Assembly (NCBI GenBank): GCA_001816455.1
Contig: MHCB01000038.1
Span: 7,965-71,964 of the forward strand
Direction of reading: 5' to 3'
Length of the DNA stretch: 64,000 bases
Source of the DNA: Candidatus Blackburnbacteria bacterium RIFCSPHIGHO2_12_FULL_44_25
GTDB taxonomy: Bacteria > Patescibacteriota > Microgenomatia > UBA8517 > UBA10165
Both the position numbers and the translations under genes were made by a program. Below are positions 28,102-37,316 of the stretch, piece after piece (within the stretch, counting starts at the first letter, position 1; each line of letters opens with the position of its first letter). The notes beneath the pieces were generated by a model that saw only the letters and a program-made list of their open reading frames with translations, searched no databases and was not told the DNA's origin.

Positions 28102-28587
28102 TTAGATCTGCGACGGCCCGAAGGGACCGTTGATGTTCCAGTGGTCACTGGAATTGATGAGCTTTCCTTCATCCGACATAGGGTCGGAGGCCTCAAAGAT
28201 GCGAGCGATGTCGCCGCCTTCTACCGAATAGATGGCAGCAACGCCAAACGATCCGTCTGGACGGGCAGTGGTGTGGTTCACCGTGAACCAGAACGATGTC
28301 TTCATGGCCCCAAGGCCACACTTGAGGGGGATCTCCGACTCAGGCAGTACGACCAGGCCGTCATTGGTACCACCATTGTGTTGGTGGCAGAATCGTGCGA
28401 GGTCGTACAAGTCTCTCAACTGCACTGGCGTGTGGATGGCCAAATGGTCCTCGTCGCCTAGTACTTTGCTGAGAACGGCGTCCTCGGACGCTGTCGGTGC
28501 CTTTGCTCCTGCCCAGATGACTGGTGTGCTAGGAAAAAAGGTCCTCAGTGGTCCGGCGTCCTTGCTGTTTGCGGCAACTAGTTGCAT
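28102..28587 (-). CDS. hypothetical protein (GC-rich; strand assignment uncertain)
   Basis: 161-aa ORF, co-directional with neighbouring genes. Overlapping + strand ORFs of similar length exist. Confidence 0.3.
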   Translation of the reverse strand: MQLVAANSKDAGPLRTFFPSTPVIWAGAKAPTASEDAVLSKVLGDEDHLAIHTPVQLRDLYDLARFCHQHNGGTNDGLVVLPESEIPLKCGLGAMKTSFWFTVNHTTARPDGSFGVAAIYSVEGGDIARIFEASDPMSDEGKLINSSDHWNINGPFGPSQI

Positions 28588-28860
28588 TTTCTTCCTTCAT
28601 ATTTTCTGTGTGCTTATTGCAATCACAGGCGGCTTGTTAAGCAGCACACTGGCTACCTCAACTTGCACGAAAGAGATATACCAGAGTGCTACCAACAAGC
28701 TTTATTCAAGGTGCTAAGCTAATCCTGCTCGCTGCTGCTCCCAGGATCTTCGGCAACGTTTTGCCTCGATGTGTAAACGAGGCAAAAAGCGGCCTCGAGA
28801 TTATTTAAGTATTGTACCTCAAAGAAGCTCAAAAGTCAACTACTACAGGTTACTGCATGG

Positions 28861-28935
28861 AAAAGCCCCCGGTCTCGCGTCAGTCGTCTGGTTTCGTTGT
28901 TGAGACGAATCGTTGACGGCGAGGTCCGGGGGCTT
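28861..28935 (-). terminator. long hairpin terminator after the 28960-29535 gene
   Basis: Minus strand AAGCCCCCGG…CCGGGGGCTTTT with an internal substructure. Confidence 0.45.
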
Positions 28936-28959
28936 GTTGGTACCAGTCGGTACCTGGTT

Positions 28960-29535
28960 TTAGGATGTGTTTGGACGGAGGAGCGCAGTTAGCTTCTCTT
29001 GGTGCCCTTCGTCCTTTGGTATGGTGAGCAGCTCCTCTGCGGTGGTCCCGACTGATTCCGGCTCGAGCTTCCCTGCTTCCAAATGGAAGAGAAAGTGGCG
29101 CCAGGCACCGGTTTTCCCTGTCTTGATCAGTTCGAGATCGTGGGCGGCCGCCTCGGCGTTGTACTCCCTCTCGAGCATATTGAGCTCTTCTGGTGAGGTA
29201 CCGATTGCTCGGAGGGCGTCGGAGTCTGTAGGCAGTTTGGAGAGCATGTAGTAGAACAAGCACCCTCCTTCCCGCAGGTCTCTGAGCACTTCTTGAGCTG
29301 AGGGTTCTGGATCAGTGTTGTGTGATCCGTACATCACCCTCAATACCATGGCTTCCTGATCCTCTGGGAGACCAAGGGCTGCTGCGACCTCGGCTGCGCG
29401 GCCTTCCATGTCGAACATCATTCCCCGCATCCTTTGTTGCCAACCTACGTTCATTTTCAGCTCCTCTATTGTGTTTGAGAGCTTCTCGACTCGCCTAAAG
29501 GTTTGGTCGAGGTATAAAAGGTGCCAGAAAAGCAC
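28960..29535 (-). CDS. hypothetical protein
   Basis: 191-aa GC-rich ORF; likely start at MNVGWQQRMRG. Confidence 0.4.
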   Translation of the reverse strand: MLFWHLLYLDQTFRRVEKLSNTIEELKMNVGWQQRMRGMMFDMEGRAAEVAAALGLPEDQEAMVLRVMYGSHNTDPEPSAQEVLRDLREGGCLFYYMLSKLPTDSDALRAIGTSPEELNMLEREYNAEAAAHDLELIKTGKTGAWRHFLFHLEAGKLEPESVGTTAEELLTIPKDEGHQEKLTALLRPNTS

Positions 29536-29641
29536 AATTGCTCGTGCTTTTACTACGCCTATTGTAACACGAAACAGCTACGATGTCAAAGATTATGGGA
29601 TAGCATGATACTGAACTTCCAGTCTTCAAGTAGACAGGTTG

Positions 29642-29690
29642 TTGACATAGCTTCTCTATCTGACTACAATCTGACTAGAAACTGACTGAG
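29642..29690 (+). promoter_or_regulatory. sigma70-like promoter with three 11-bp-phased CTGACT direct repeats
   Basis: TTGACA (29642-47), 17-bp spacer, TACAAT (29665-70). CTGACT recurs at 29660, 29671 and 29682, ending at the ATG of the wHTH regulator. Confidence 0.5.
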
Positions 29691-31067
29691 ATGTCAACTA
29701 AAACCACTTCGGCTCCGGAAGTTGCCCCTCCTCTTACAATTGCCACGCTCAAAAAATATGCACAGGAAGTTTTTACGCCCATACGGCGGGGTGAGTGCGT
29801 AAGTACAATCTGGCCCTTGATGGCTGGTAGACGGATTAGGAATAAATTCATTATCTCCTACCCCGAACTTTTCTCGGAAGAAATTGGGAATCCTTCAAAA
29901 TATCTGCTTGTGTATGTTGAACCTTTAGAACTTACCGAAGAATCAAACAGCGGATTTATAAGACTTGTTGCAAAGTCTATTCTTGAGGCTTTTTCTCAAA
30001 AAAACACGAAGGCTTTTAAAATTGGCGCAGAACTTTCATTTGACGAATCATTAGGGTATTCGACTCTTCTTGATCGTTTAGCACAGCTTGTTTCCACGGT
30101 GTCTTCTTTTGGGTTGGCGACTGTTTTATTTTTGGGGGAGTTTGATGAGCTTTCGTTTGCAAATTCGATTCTGCACAATAATCTTAAATCTGTTTGGGCA
30201 AGAGCTGGCGGCAGTTTGCAGTTTATCTTTCTTTTGCAGGATGATGTTACCAGGCCTGAGTCTATTAAGAAATATGACGAGATAAATTCTTTGCTTTTGC
30301 GGAATGTAGTTTATGTTCCTTTGGTTGGGGACGAAGATATTGATTATCTTATTGATTATTTTGCGAAGCGTTTGGATAGGTCTTTTTCGAAAGATGAGCG
30401 GACTCTTCTCCGAGAAGTTTGCGGAGGGCATCCATATCTTCTTAGTTCTTGTACGAGGCTTATTGCTTTGATGAATGAATGTCAAGCTTCTCTTGAGGAG
30501 ATACGAGAGGTGTTGTTATCTCATTTTGAGCCGAGATCGGCTACTCAAAAGATATTTGATAATCTTTTACCTTCGGAGCAAGAATTTTTGAAGAACATGG
30601 TTTTGGGCAATGGTACTGCTGTTACCAATTTGCCCCCTTCGGTGTCCTCTCTTTTAAACTTGGGACTTATTAAAAAAGACGAGGAGGGCAAGTGGGTTCC
30701 GTTTGGAGAGATTTTTGCTGCTATCATTAAGGGCGATCAGGTTGAAGTTGCCCACTCGCCTGATTCGGGTTCTCACGGTTTGCACTACGATGAGTCTACT
30801 GGAGGAATTACTGTTGGCGGTGTAAATGTTGAAGAGAAATTTACGCGGCAGGAATATGATATTTTACGCTTCTTTTTGAAGGATTTGACCAAACTTCGGT
30901 CACGGGAGGAAATTGGTGAGGCCATGTGGGGCGAGCAGTCGTATGATAAGTATTCCGATTGGGCAATTGATCAGATAATGAGTAAACTTCGTAAGAAACT
31001 CAAAAGTTTAGGTATGGAGAAGGCCTTAGTTACTGTTCGAGGGCGGGGGTACAAGTTTTCTATTTAG
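29691..31067 (+). CDS. transcriptional regulator with a C-terminal OmpR/PhoB-type winged-helix domain and a large uncharacterised N-terminal domain
   Basis: C-terminus …TRQEYDILRFFLKDLTKLRSREEIGEAMWG…ALVTVRGRGYKFS (trans_reg_C). No receiver domain and no obvious P-loop. Confidence 0.65.
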   Translation: MSTKTTSAPEVAPPLTIATLKKYAQEVFTPIRRGECVSTIWPLMAGRRIRNKFIISYPELFSEEIGNPSKYLLVYVEPLELTEESNSGFIRLVAKSILEAFSQKNTKAFKIGAELSFDESLGYSTLLDRLAQLVSTVSSFGLATVLFLGEFDELSFANSILHNNLKSVWARAGGSLQFIFLLQDDVTRPESIKKYDEINSLLLRNVVYVPLVGDEDIDYLIDYFAKRLDRSFSKDERTLLREVCGGHPYLLSSCTRLIALMNECQASLEEIREVLLSHFEPRSATQKIFDNLLPSEQEFLKNMVLGNGTAVTNLPPSVSSLLNLGLIKKDEEGKWVPFGEIFAAIIKGDQVEVAHSPDSGSHGLHYDESTGGITVGGVNVEEKFTRQEYDILRFFLKDLTKLRSREEIGEAMWGEQSYDKYSDWAIDQIMSKLRKKLKSLGMEKALVTVRGRGYKFSI

Positions 31068-31070
31068 GGA

Positions 31071-33338
31071 TTATCTGGGAGCGTATTCTCTGAGCACTTC
31101 GTTATTGATATGTGTGACAGACGGGATTATCTCATCGGTAGACAGTCCCCTTTCTCTACCGCCGACTGCTTCTTTGCCCCAATGTTGGATTGCGTATGGG
31201 AGCGAAGTTTCTTTTAGTGCGTGGGGTTTTGTGCCTTCCGCGAGCTCTTTTCTTACTGCTGAGGAACCGGAGTAGGTTCCGGCGGTTATGATAACAGTTT
31301 CGATGCCTGTGTGTCGGCTGATTGCTTGGAAGTTTCGTATTGTTGTGTGAGTCGATCCGGGTCTTGAAACCAATATGGCCCCTGGTCTTGTTACCCTTTC
31401 GGGTTGTCTTTCTCGCGGAGCAAGATCCCTGCCTCCATTTTCCCATACACATTCTTCTGGCCCCATCAGTTGATAGCATTCCAATTCTACGTCCGGGTCT
31501 CTTCCGGCCTTATTTAAATCATTCCACAATTGCGCCTGTATGTTGTTTGCGGTTATGACCATTCTTTGGCTCATGTCGGTTTTTGTTGGGTCTGGTTGGA
31601 GTGCGGTGGTCATCATAACTTCTGATCGGTCAAATTCGTATCCGGAACCTAGTAGGATAGATCCTGTTCGGATTCTAATGGGACCCACGTGGGCTGTAGA
31701 TTTCTCGTAGCCCTCAACGTTTTGTGTACGAACTATGGGGAGTATGATTATGGCTCGTTGAATTGGTTTTCCGTCGCTCGTTGTTTGCGGAAGTGATTTG
31801 AGGTGGGCGTTACCGCACCAGACAAGATCCTCATGTCCTTTTGTCCAAGGGGCAAACGAACCAGGGAAGAAATAGATCCTAAAGATGCGGACCCCCGGTT
31901 TAACTACTTTGGAGAGGTCCACGTCTGCAATATCTTTCCAGGGGTTGATTCGAAGTTTTTCGGCAGCGTAACGGGCAGCATGGGGGAACGGAATGAGGCC
32001 TGCTCGCATGGCTTCCCTTCCAATATCTCGCACAAGGTGGGGAAAATAAGTAATGATGAGGTTGGTTAATGGTCCAATGTTGTCTATTCTGGCAGATTCG
32101 GCCGCCTTTACTAGGGCTTTGGCAATTTCCCTGTCTGAGAGGCCTGCGTTCTCGGCTTCGTGAATGGAGAGTGCTGCGAATTGTGCAAAGTCTTCGGGCC
32201 GAGGGACAAGTGATTTTTTGTCGGCTGTAACAAGCGACGTTCGGTAGGCATAACTGAACACCTCACCGTATCGCTGTTTAAGTTGCCTTTCTACAAGTTT
32301 GAGTTCTAGTTCGAGATCTTGAGCCCAGGCTTGTTTTCTCAGGGAGATTTGCAGTTTGGCAATAGAGTTACGCAGAGCGATAAAGGGTTGAAAGAGTATT
32401 TCGGCCTCTCGGCCCTTGATTGCTGTTGGGGGTTTCCAGAGGTCTGTAAGAGATTCTACATCTTGGCCGATTGTTGTTCCAATGATGGCTTTAAGAAAGA
32501 CAGTCGCTGCTTGGGCATTTTCTTTACTTGTGGAGATCTTTGTATCTAACCAGGAGTAGAAGACATACTCGGACTCTTTATATTTAAGAGTGTTTAGTAT
32601 GTCGAGAAGACTTTTGGGGATTGTTAAGTCATGATTGGGTTTATATATATTTGTGGGTATTTCCGTACTTGTTCTTAGCCCGTAGAGGCATAATGCCAGA
32701 GTGTTGGTGAGTTGAGTTACTACGTTACCTGGCTCGTCGCAGAGTCCCATGATTGTTAGTGCGTCCTCCAGGGTTTTTTCCAAAAGGACTTCGCCAGGAG
32801 GGGCAGGCTCTACCCAGGCTGTTGGGGTTCTTAGTTCGGCGTGAAGGTCTTCGCAAAAGGTAGTTAGGAGTTTGTGGAATTGCGGTTTGGTTAGACCGGG
32901 TACTCTTTGCGCCGGATCTTTGTGGGGTTTTCCTCTAACCAGCTTTCGGATTGGGTCAAGTTTGAGCAATTGAGCTCCCACCCACCTGACAAAGACGTTC
33001 TCTCCTTGTGGCATTGTTGAGCGTATTGTTTTCATGCGCTCTTCTACAAGTTTGGTTGGCCATCTTTCCACGATTTCAAGTAATTTTTCTAATTCTCCGC
33101 CTTTTCCTGGATAGAGTTCGACGTACCCGAAGGGAATTGGCTTTTCTCCTTTTACTGCGTCTTGTAGTGCTGCAATTAGTCCGAGGTGTGTTGTTACCTG
33201 TTTTACTATGTGTGGCACACCTTCAGGTTGGGCAGATGTTCCTCTTCCGTCGGGCATAAAGAAGGTTCCCGTTTCTCTTATGCCAAGGTAACGTTCGGAT
33301 AGTGCTGTCATTTGACTTAAAAAGGCCGCGGTTACCAA
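31071..33338 (-). CDS. large protein with a C-terminal cytidylyl/adenylyltransferase-like nucleotidyltransferase domain
   Basis: 755 aa. It has an (H/T)xGH-type motif FPGSFAPWTKGHEDLV and a C-terminal …TAGTYSGSSAVRKEL (ISSTxxR-like) motif of the NadD/cytidylyltransferase superfamily. The N-terminal roughly 470 aa is uncharacterised. Confidence 0.45.
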   Translation of the reverse strand: MVTAAFLSQMTALSERYLGIRETGTFFMPDGRGTSAQPEGVPHIVKQVTTHLGLIAALQDAVKGEKPIPFGYVELYPGKGGELEKLLEIVERWPTKLVEERMKTIRSTMPQGENVFVRWVGAQLLKLDPIRKLVRGKPHKDPAQRVPGLTKPQFHKLLTTFCEDLHAELRTPTAWVEPAPPGEVLLEKTLEDALTIMGLCDEPGNVVTQLTNTLALCLYGLRTSTEIPTNIYKPNHDLTIPKSLLDILNTLKYKESEYVFYSWLDTKISTSKENAQAATVFLKAIIGTTIGQDVESLTDLWKPPTAIKGREAEILFQPFIALRNSIAKLQISLRKQAWAQDLELELKLVERQLKQRYGEVFSYAYRTSLVTADKKSLVPRPEDFAQFAALSIHEAENAGLSDREIAKALVKAAESARIDNIGPLTNLIITYFPHLVRDIGREAMRAGLIPFPHAARYAAEKLRINPWKDIADVDLSKVVKPGVRIFRIYFFPGSFAPWTKGHEDLVWCGNAHLKSLPQTTSDGKPIQRAIIILPIVRTQNVEGYEKSTAHVGPIRIRTGSILLGSGYEFDRSEVMMTTALQPDPTKTDMSQRMVITANNIQAQLWNDLNKAGRDPDVELECYQLMGPEECVWENGGRDLAPRERQPERVTRPGAILVSRPGSTHTTIRNFQAISRHTGIETVIITAGTYSGSSAVRKELAEGTKPHALKETSLPYAIQHWGKEAVGGRERGLSTDEIIPSVTHINNEVLREYAPR

Positions 33339-33509
33339 CCGGGCCTTTTTTAGATTGGCTTATTTTAGTCCTGCTTGGGCTTGCTTTCAACTTAGTCAGG
33401 AAAATCAGTTTCGATTTGTGGCTAATTTACTAGATTCAAGTCAAGTTGGAGTCAAGCGGATACTGTTTTACCGGTTTAGTATTTAACTTATGAAAGGAGG
33501 ATTAGCAAG

Positions 33510-33731
33510 ATGACACAACAAAGAGTTGTCGAGCCCGTACAGGAATGGTTACTTGCTCAAGGTCGCTGCACCGGATGCGGTGAGTCACTTGAGGAAGCTG
33601 AGAAGCAGGAGTGCCAAGGGTTTTGGATGGTTATATGCCAGTGCGAGCGCGTTTTTATATATGACGCGCGAACTGGCGTTTATCGAAGACGTGCGTTGAG
33701 GGGTGTATCAAGTTGGAGAGGAGCGTATTAA
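33510..33731 (+). CDS. small Cys-containing protein (zinc-ribbon-like)
   Basis: Strong RBS GAAAGGAGG 8 nt upstream of the ATG, CxxC…CxC pattern, followed by a strong terminator. Confidence 0.55.
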   Translation: MTQQRVVEPVQEWLLAQGRCTGCGESLEEAEKQECQGFWMVICQCERVFIYDARTGVYRRRALRGVSSWRGAY

Positions 33732-33785
33732 ATGACTTCTCGATCACCGCCTCGGAGGGGCGGAAAATACCAGCTAACTGCCTAG

Positions 33786-33817
33786 GGAGGGTGCCAGACG
33801 GCACCCTCCTTTTTTTG
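33786..33817 (+). terminator. rho-independent terminator
   Basis: GGAGGGTGCC-AGAC-GGCACCCTCC followed by TTTTTTT. Confidence 0.8.
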
Positions 33818-33901
33818 TTGGGGCGTATATGCCGGGGTTATAAAATTAGCTTGCCACACCGGGTGTGGTTGCCTGAATTATTGGAGATGGTAGAATAGTT
33901 T

Positions 33902-34192
33902 GTGGATACTGTTACGCTTGAGACACTGGGTGCGTTGGCGTTGGATTTGAAGCGTGCCTCTCTCGCCTTTTGGAACGGATCTACTTCTACAGGGGAACGA
34001 TTTATTGCGGAGGTAGTTATCAGACAAAGGGAGGTTAATATGGATGAAGTTGATACAAGGACGCGAAACGTTTTAGAGGCTTTGCCGGGAGTTTTTTCGC
34101 AGGACGACACTAAAAAGAAGGCCGAAGATCTTTTAATGTACAGTACTCTTGTGCAAAATCGTGTTACGATTTCTTTGAAGCTCCTAAGTTAG
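33902..34192 (+). CDS. hypothetical protein
   Basis: 96-aa ORF. Confidence 0.3.
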   Translation: MDTVTLETLGALALDLKRASLAFWNGSTSTGERFIAEVVIRQREVNMDEVDTRTRNVLEALPGVFSQDDTKKKAEDLLMYSTLVQNRVTISLKLLS

Positions 34193-34551
34193 CTTGATCT
34201 CTCTGCTGTTGGTTGATTCCGAAGGGAGGCTGCAACTTGCAAGACACTGGCGATTTCTTGAGAGTTGGGTTTGTCGCCTCCTGCTATGCGCTGGTCTGGT
34301 TGTACGACTACTTGACTAGGATCTACGCTTTCAAGGACTACTCGGAAGAGAACGTCGTCACCGTCGGATCCCCAGGAGACTGGGATGCATACTAAACCCG
34401 TTTTCGTTGCCTCTACGACCATGAAATAGTCGCTTGTAGGTTTGCCGTTTTCGCCAAGTCCTCGTACGACTGTCCCCGGCTCTAGCGGTCTCTCGTCTAC
34501 TCTTTCGGCGGTCATTTGGCTAAATATAGATGCAGGGAGTGGGGATTGCAA
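34189..34551 (-). CDS. hypothetical protein
   Basis: 120-aa ORF. Confidence 0.3.
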   Translation of the reverse strand: MQSPLPASIFSQMTAERVDERPLEPGTVVRGLGENGKPTSDYFMVVEATKTGLVCIPVSWGSDGDDVLFRVVLESVDPSQVVVQPDQRIAGGDKPNSQEIASVLQVAASLRNQPTAERSS

Positions 34552-34558
34552 TAGCTAG

Positions 34559-35005
34559 TTGTTTATCGTAGATTTAATATCGTTGCCTCAAATGGAAGAT
34601 CAAAATTTAACCTCAACTTCGAATGCTATGACTTTGGTGAGCGTTGAGAGCTCGATTAAGCATAATTTGGCTCAAATTGCCAAGACTCGGGCGGACTTAA
34701 AAGTCCAAAAAGAGATGGTTGATTCTTTTTTGGAAAATGATCCTTTGTATATGGAGCATGCAAAAGCGGCTAAGGATGCGGCGGCTCAAAAGAGTGCGAC
34801 AAAGCAAAAGCTTTTGAAGCAATCTCATGCGGTGACCGTTGTTGATAAGATTATCGCTTTAAGGGAGGAAATGCGTGTGGCACAAGAAGCTTTATCTTAT
34901 TATCTTGGAGAATACCAACAGATGACGGGTTTTAATGAGTTTGAGGATGAGAACGGAGAAGTGAAACAGATTGTGTATGTTGCAAAGTTAGTAAAAAAAG
35001 CCTAG
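34559..35005 (+). CDS. hypothetical protein
   Basis: 148-aa ORF, helical/charged composition. Confidence 0.35.
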   Translation: MFIVDLISLPQMEDQNLTSTSNAMTLVSVESSIKHNLAQIAKTRADLKVQKEMVDSFLENDPLYMEHAKAAKDAAAQKSATKQKLLKQSHAVTVVDKIIALREEMRVAQEALSYYLGEYQQMTGFNEFEDENGEVKQIVYVAKLVKKA

Positions 35006-35053
35006 CTCCAGACCCTATTAATTTTTCGGGTTTCTTCATGTGTTTCTTCGTTT

Positions 35054-36511
35054 GTGCTGTGGTATATTTCGGGCATGAGGGAGATTTGGCAAGAGTCTAT
35101 AAGGGCGCATGAGTCGCCTCTTGTTGGGAGAGCGGTCGAAAGGGCGCGGGAGTTGCCTCTGGCAAGTTTGCGGGAGGCAGGTTTTTATAGAGATAGAGGC
35201 AAGTATTTCTTGAATATATCCTATCCGTCATTGCAAGCAATGTCTGAAGTAAGCGCGGCTGGCATTTACCCCCCGGCTGCTTCTGGCACTGGCAGAAGAG
35301 TTGCTTTGTATGTCCACATGCCTTTTTGTACTGCAGAGTGTTACTACTGTCATTACTATAAGAAATTTGGTCAGTCTTCTGGGGCAGTTGATACGTATCT
35401 TGGGGCCATTGATCGAGAGTTGGAGTTGTATCAGAGACAATTCGGAGGTCTCGAGGCTGTTTCTGTGTATGTTGGTGGAGGAACGCCAAGTTATTTGAAT
35501 CCAGACCAGATAGACCGGTTGTTGGGGATTATCAAAGCACATACTAGTATCCAGAAGGGCGCAGAGGTTTGTTTTGAAATGCACCCAGAGAGTACGACAG
35601 CCGACAGGGTTTCTGTGTTAGTTGGTCATGGGGTAAACAGGGTGAGCATTGGCGTTGAGAGTTTTGAGGATAGGCTTCTGAAGGCTGAAAATAGGCGCCA
35701 TACCGCTCAGGAAGCGGTAGCTGCTTTTGAAAGAGTGAGGGGTGGTGGTATTGCAAACGTTAATCTTGATTTGATTTATGGTCTTCGTGGGCAAGACTTG
35801 TCTGGTTGGGAATACAACCTTGATCGGATAGCTGTTTTGCAACCAACTTCAGCCACTATGTACTATTTAAGACTCAAAACGGGGACGCCTGAGTATAAGC
35901 TTTGGCAAGCCGATCCCAAGAGTTTTCCGTCGGATGAGGAACTAATGCTTATGCATATTATGAGTTTTGAAAAGATGGAGGGACAGTTAGGTTACACGCA
36001 GAGTCCTGTCGACTGGTTTATTAGAGATCCGAGCTTTTTCCACACATATCAGGATTACAATTGGAGGAGATCTGACGAGACTCCCCTTCTCGGTGTAGGG
36101 GCTTCTGCTTATTCGGCTATTGATGGTTGGCAGTATTACAACATTAATGATACTGGCCGTTATCAGGTTGCTTTATCGGAAGCTCGACTGCCTATCTGGA
36201 GAGGTGAGCATCTTCCTCCGGAAGAAAGGATGAGAAGAACTGTTATGTTGGGTATAAAGATGGGTATAGACAGGTCGGTGTTTCGGACAACTTATGGGGT
36301 TGACGTAGTGGACGCGTTTGAGAGCATGTGGCAGAGGCTATCAGATTTAGGGTTAGTTGTTGTTACAGATCAGATGGTTGATCTTACTTATACTGGTAAA
36401 TTATTTGCAGATGAGGTGGGGCAGGTTTTTTACTCTGCTGCTATGAAAAAAAGGATGGAGGCAGTCGATCCGCATTTAATTTCTACCACTTGGCCTCAGT
36501 TTAATAGATAG
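35054..36511 (+). CDS. radical SAM protein, HemN/HemW (oxygen-independent coproporphyrinogen oxidase-like) family
   Basis: CxxxCxxC cluster motif FCTAECYYCHY and the VYVGGGTPSYL motif; 485 aa. Start may be slightly downstream. Confidence 0.7.
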   Translation: MLWYISGMREIWQESIRAHESPLVGRAVERARELPLASLREAGFYRDRGKYFLNISYPSLQAMSEVSAAGIYPPAASGTGRRVALYVHMPFCTAECYYCHYYKKFGQSSGAVDTYLGAIDRELELYQRQFGGLEAVSVYVGGGTPSYLNPDQIDRLLGIIKAHTSIQKGAEVCFEMHPESTTADRVSVLVGHGVNRVSIGVESFEDRLLKAENRRHTAQEAVAAFERVRGGGIANVNLDLIYGLRGQDLSGWEYNLDRIAVLQPTSATMYYLRLKTGTPEYKLWQADPKSFPSDEELMLMHIMSFEKMEGQLGYTQSPVDWFIRDPSFFHTYQDYNWRRSDETPLLGVGASAYSAIDGWQYYNINDTGRYQVALSEARLPIWRGEHLPPEERMRRTVMLGIKMGIDRSVFRTTYGVDVVDAFESMWQRLSDLGLVVVTDQMVDLTYTGKLFADEVGQVFYSAAMKKRMEAVDPHLISTTWPQFNR

Positions 36512-36537
36512 ATTAGAGTTTGGGGAGCCCTGGAGTT

Positions 36538-36726
36538 TTAATTGCGCTTTCCCAAGAAACCTAGCAAAGGGGACCCTGCTCCGATGAGAAAACCGAATTG
36601 GTACCAGCCGGTGTTTCTGGCAACGTCAAAAATTGGGTACTGTGTAAAAACGCCGAATATATGCAGTAGAAGTAATGGCCATGCGGTTAAGCCGTTTAAA
36701 AGTCCAAACAGGAGATTTTCTATCAT
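36538..36726 (-). CDS. small membrane protein
   Basis: 62 aa, two hydrophobic segments. Confidence 0.3.
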   Translation of the reverse strand: MIENLLFGLLNGLTAWPLLLLHIFGVFTQYPIFDVARNTGWYQFGFLIGAGSPLLGFLGKRN

Positions 36727-36858
36727 TTGATGCTCTTTAGTTGATTATACACTAAGATTGACGGAAGTTGCTTTTTTTGGCCGCATTCGTAAGGTAGTCC
36801 ACTCTGGTGTTTATTCCGTGTTCGCTATTCGATGTAATCAGACTCAACTAGTATACTA

Positions 36859-36936
36859 TGGGGTGGCTAACCGGGCTCGAACCGGCGACCTGTAGGTCCA
36901 CAACCTACTGCTCTAACCAACTGAGCTATAGCCACC
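36859..36936 (-). tRNA. tRNA-His(GTG) with genomically encoded G-1
   Basis: G-GTGGCTA-…-GTAGG-TTGTGGA-CCTAC-…-TAGCCACC-C-CCA. It has an 8-bp acceptor stem including G-1:C73. CCA is encoded. Confidence 0.85.
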
Positions 36937-36967
36937 AAAATTAGTGATAGTGCGGGATGCTTGGACT

Positions 36968-37240
36968 TTACCCCTCGTAGTCGGGGTTTTCTTCCTCTTC
37001 CTCGGGTTGTTCGAGATCTTCAAGTCTTTCGACCCCGGGTTCGCGCGCTAGACCTTCGTTTTCTACTTCCTCGTCCGGGCCGATTCGACGGTTTCTCTCG
37101 GCGTCGTTGACCATGTCGGAGGGAGTCCTGACTTCCCCAGGAATTGGCTCTTCGCCGGTAAAGTCTTTTACCATCTCCCCCACATCGTCATCGAAGGCCG
37201 GGTCGGTTGCTGGATCTTCTGGAGGATCCTTCTTGTTTTG
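36968..37240 (-). CDS. small acidic protein
   Basis: About 90 aa, D/E/P-rich (…EEPIPGEVRTPSDMVNDAERNRRIGPDEEVENEGLAREPGVERLEDLEQPEEEEENPDYEG). The internal start was chosen because the long ORF overlaps the next gene. Confidence 0.35.
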   Translation of the reverse strand, partial: QNKKDPPEDPATDPAFDDDVGEMVKDFTGEEPIPGEVRTPSDMVNDAERNRRIGPDEEVENEGLAREPGVERLEDLEQPEEEEENPDYEG

Positions 37241-37316
37241 CATGTCGGGAAGATCTCTTGCCACGCCCTTATTGTAACAGATGTATGCTGTTTTTTGGAG
37301 TGGTTTTTGGGGTAGA

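Noticed and set aside
28021-28717. Alternative + strand ORFs 28021-28461 and 28232-28717 overlapping the reported 28102-28587 (-) gene
   Set aside because: Only one can be real. The minus strand was chosen because all neighbouring island genes are on the minus strand. The call is kept at low confidence.
3689-28949. Identical 16-mer GGTACCAGTCGGTACC at 3689-3704 and 28934-28949, considered as possible boundaries of an island about 25 kb long
   Set aside because: One exact 16-mer match is about what chance predicts in 64 kb on both strands. The first copy lies within the putative pheS T-box leader and the second next to a terminator. The ribosomal-protein and thrS genes between them look native.
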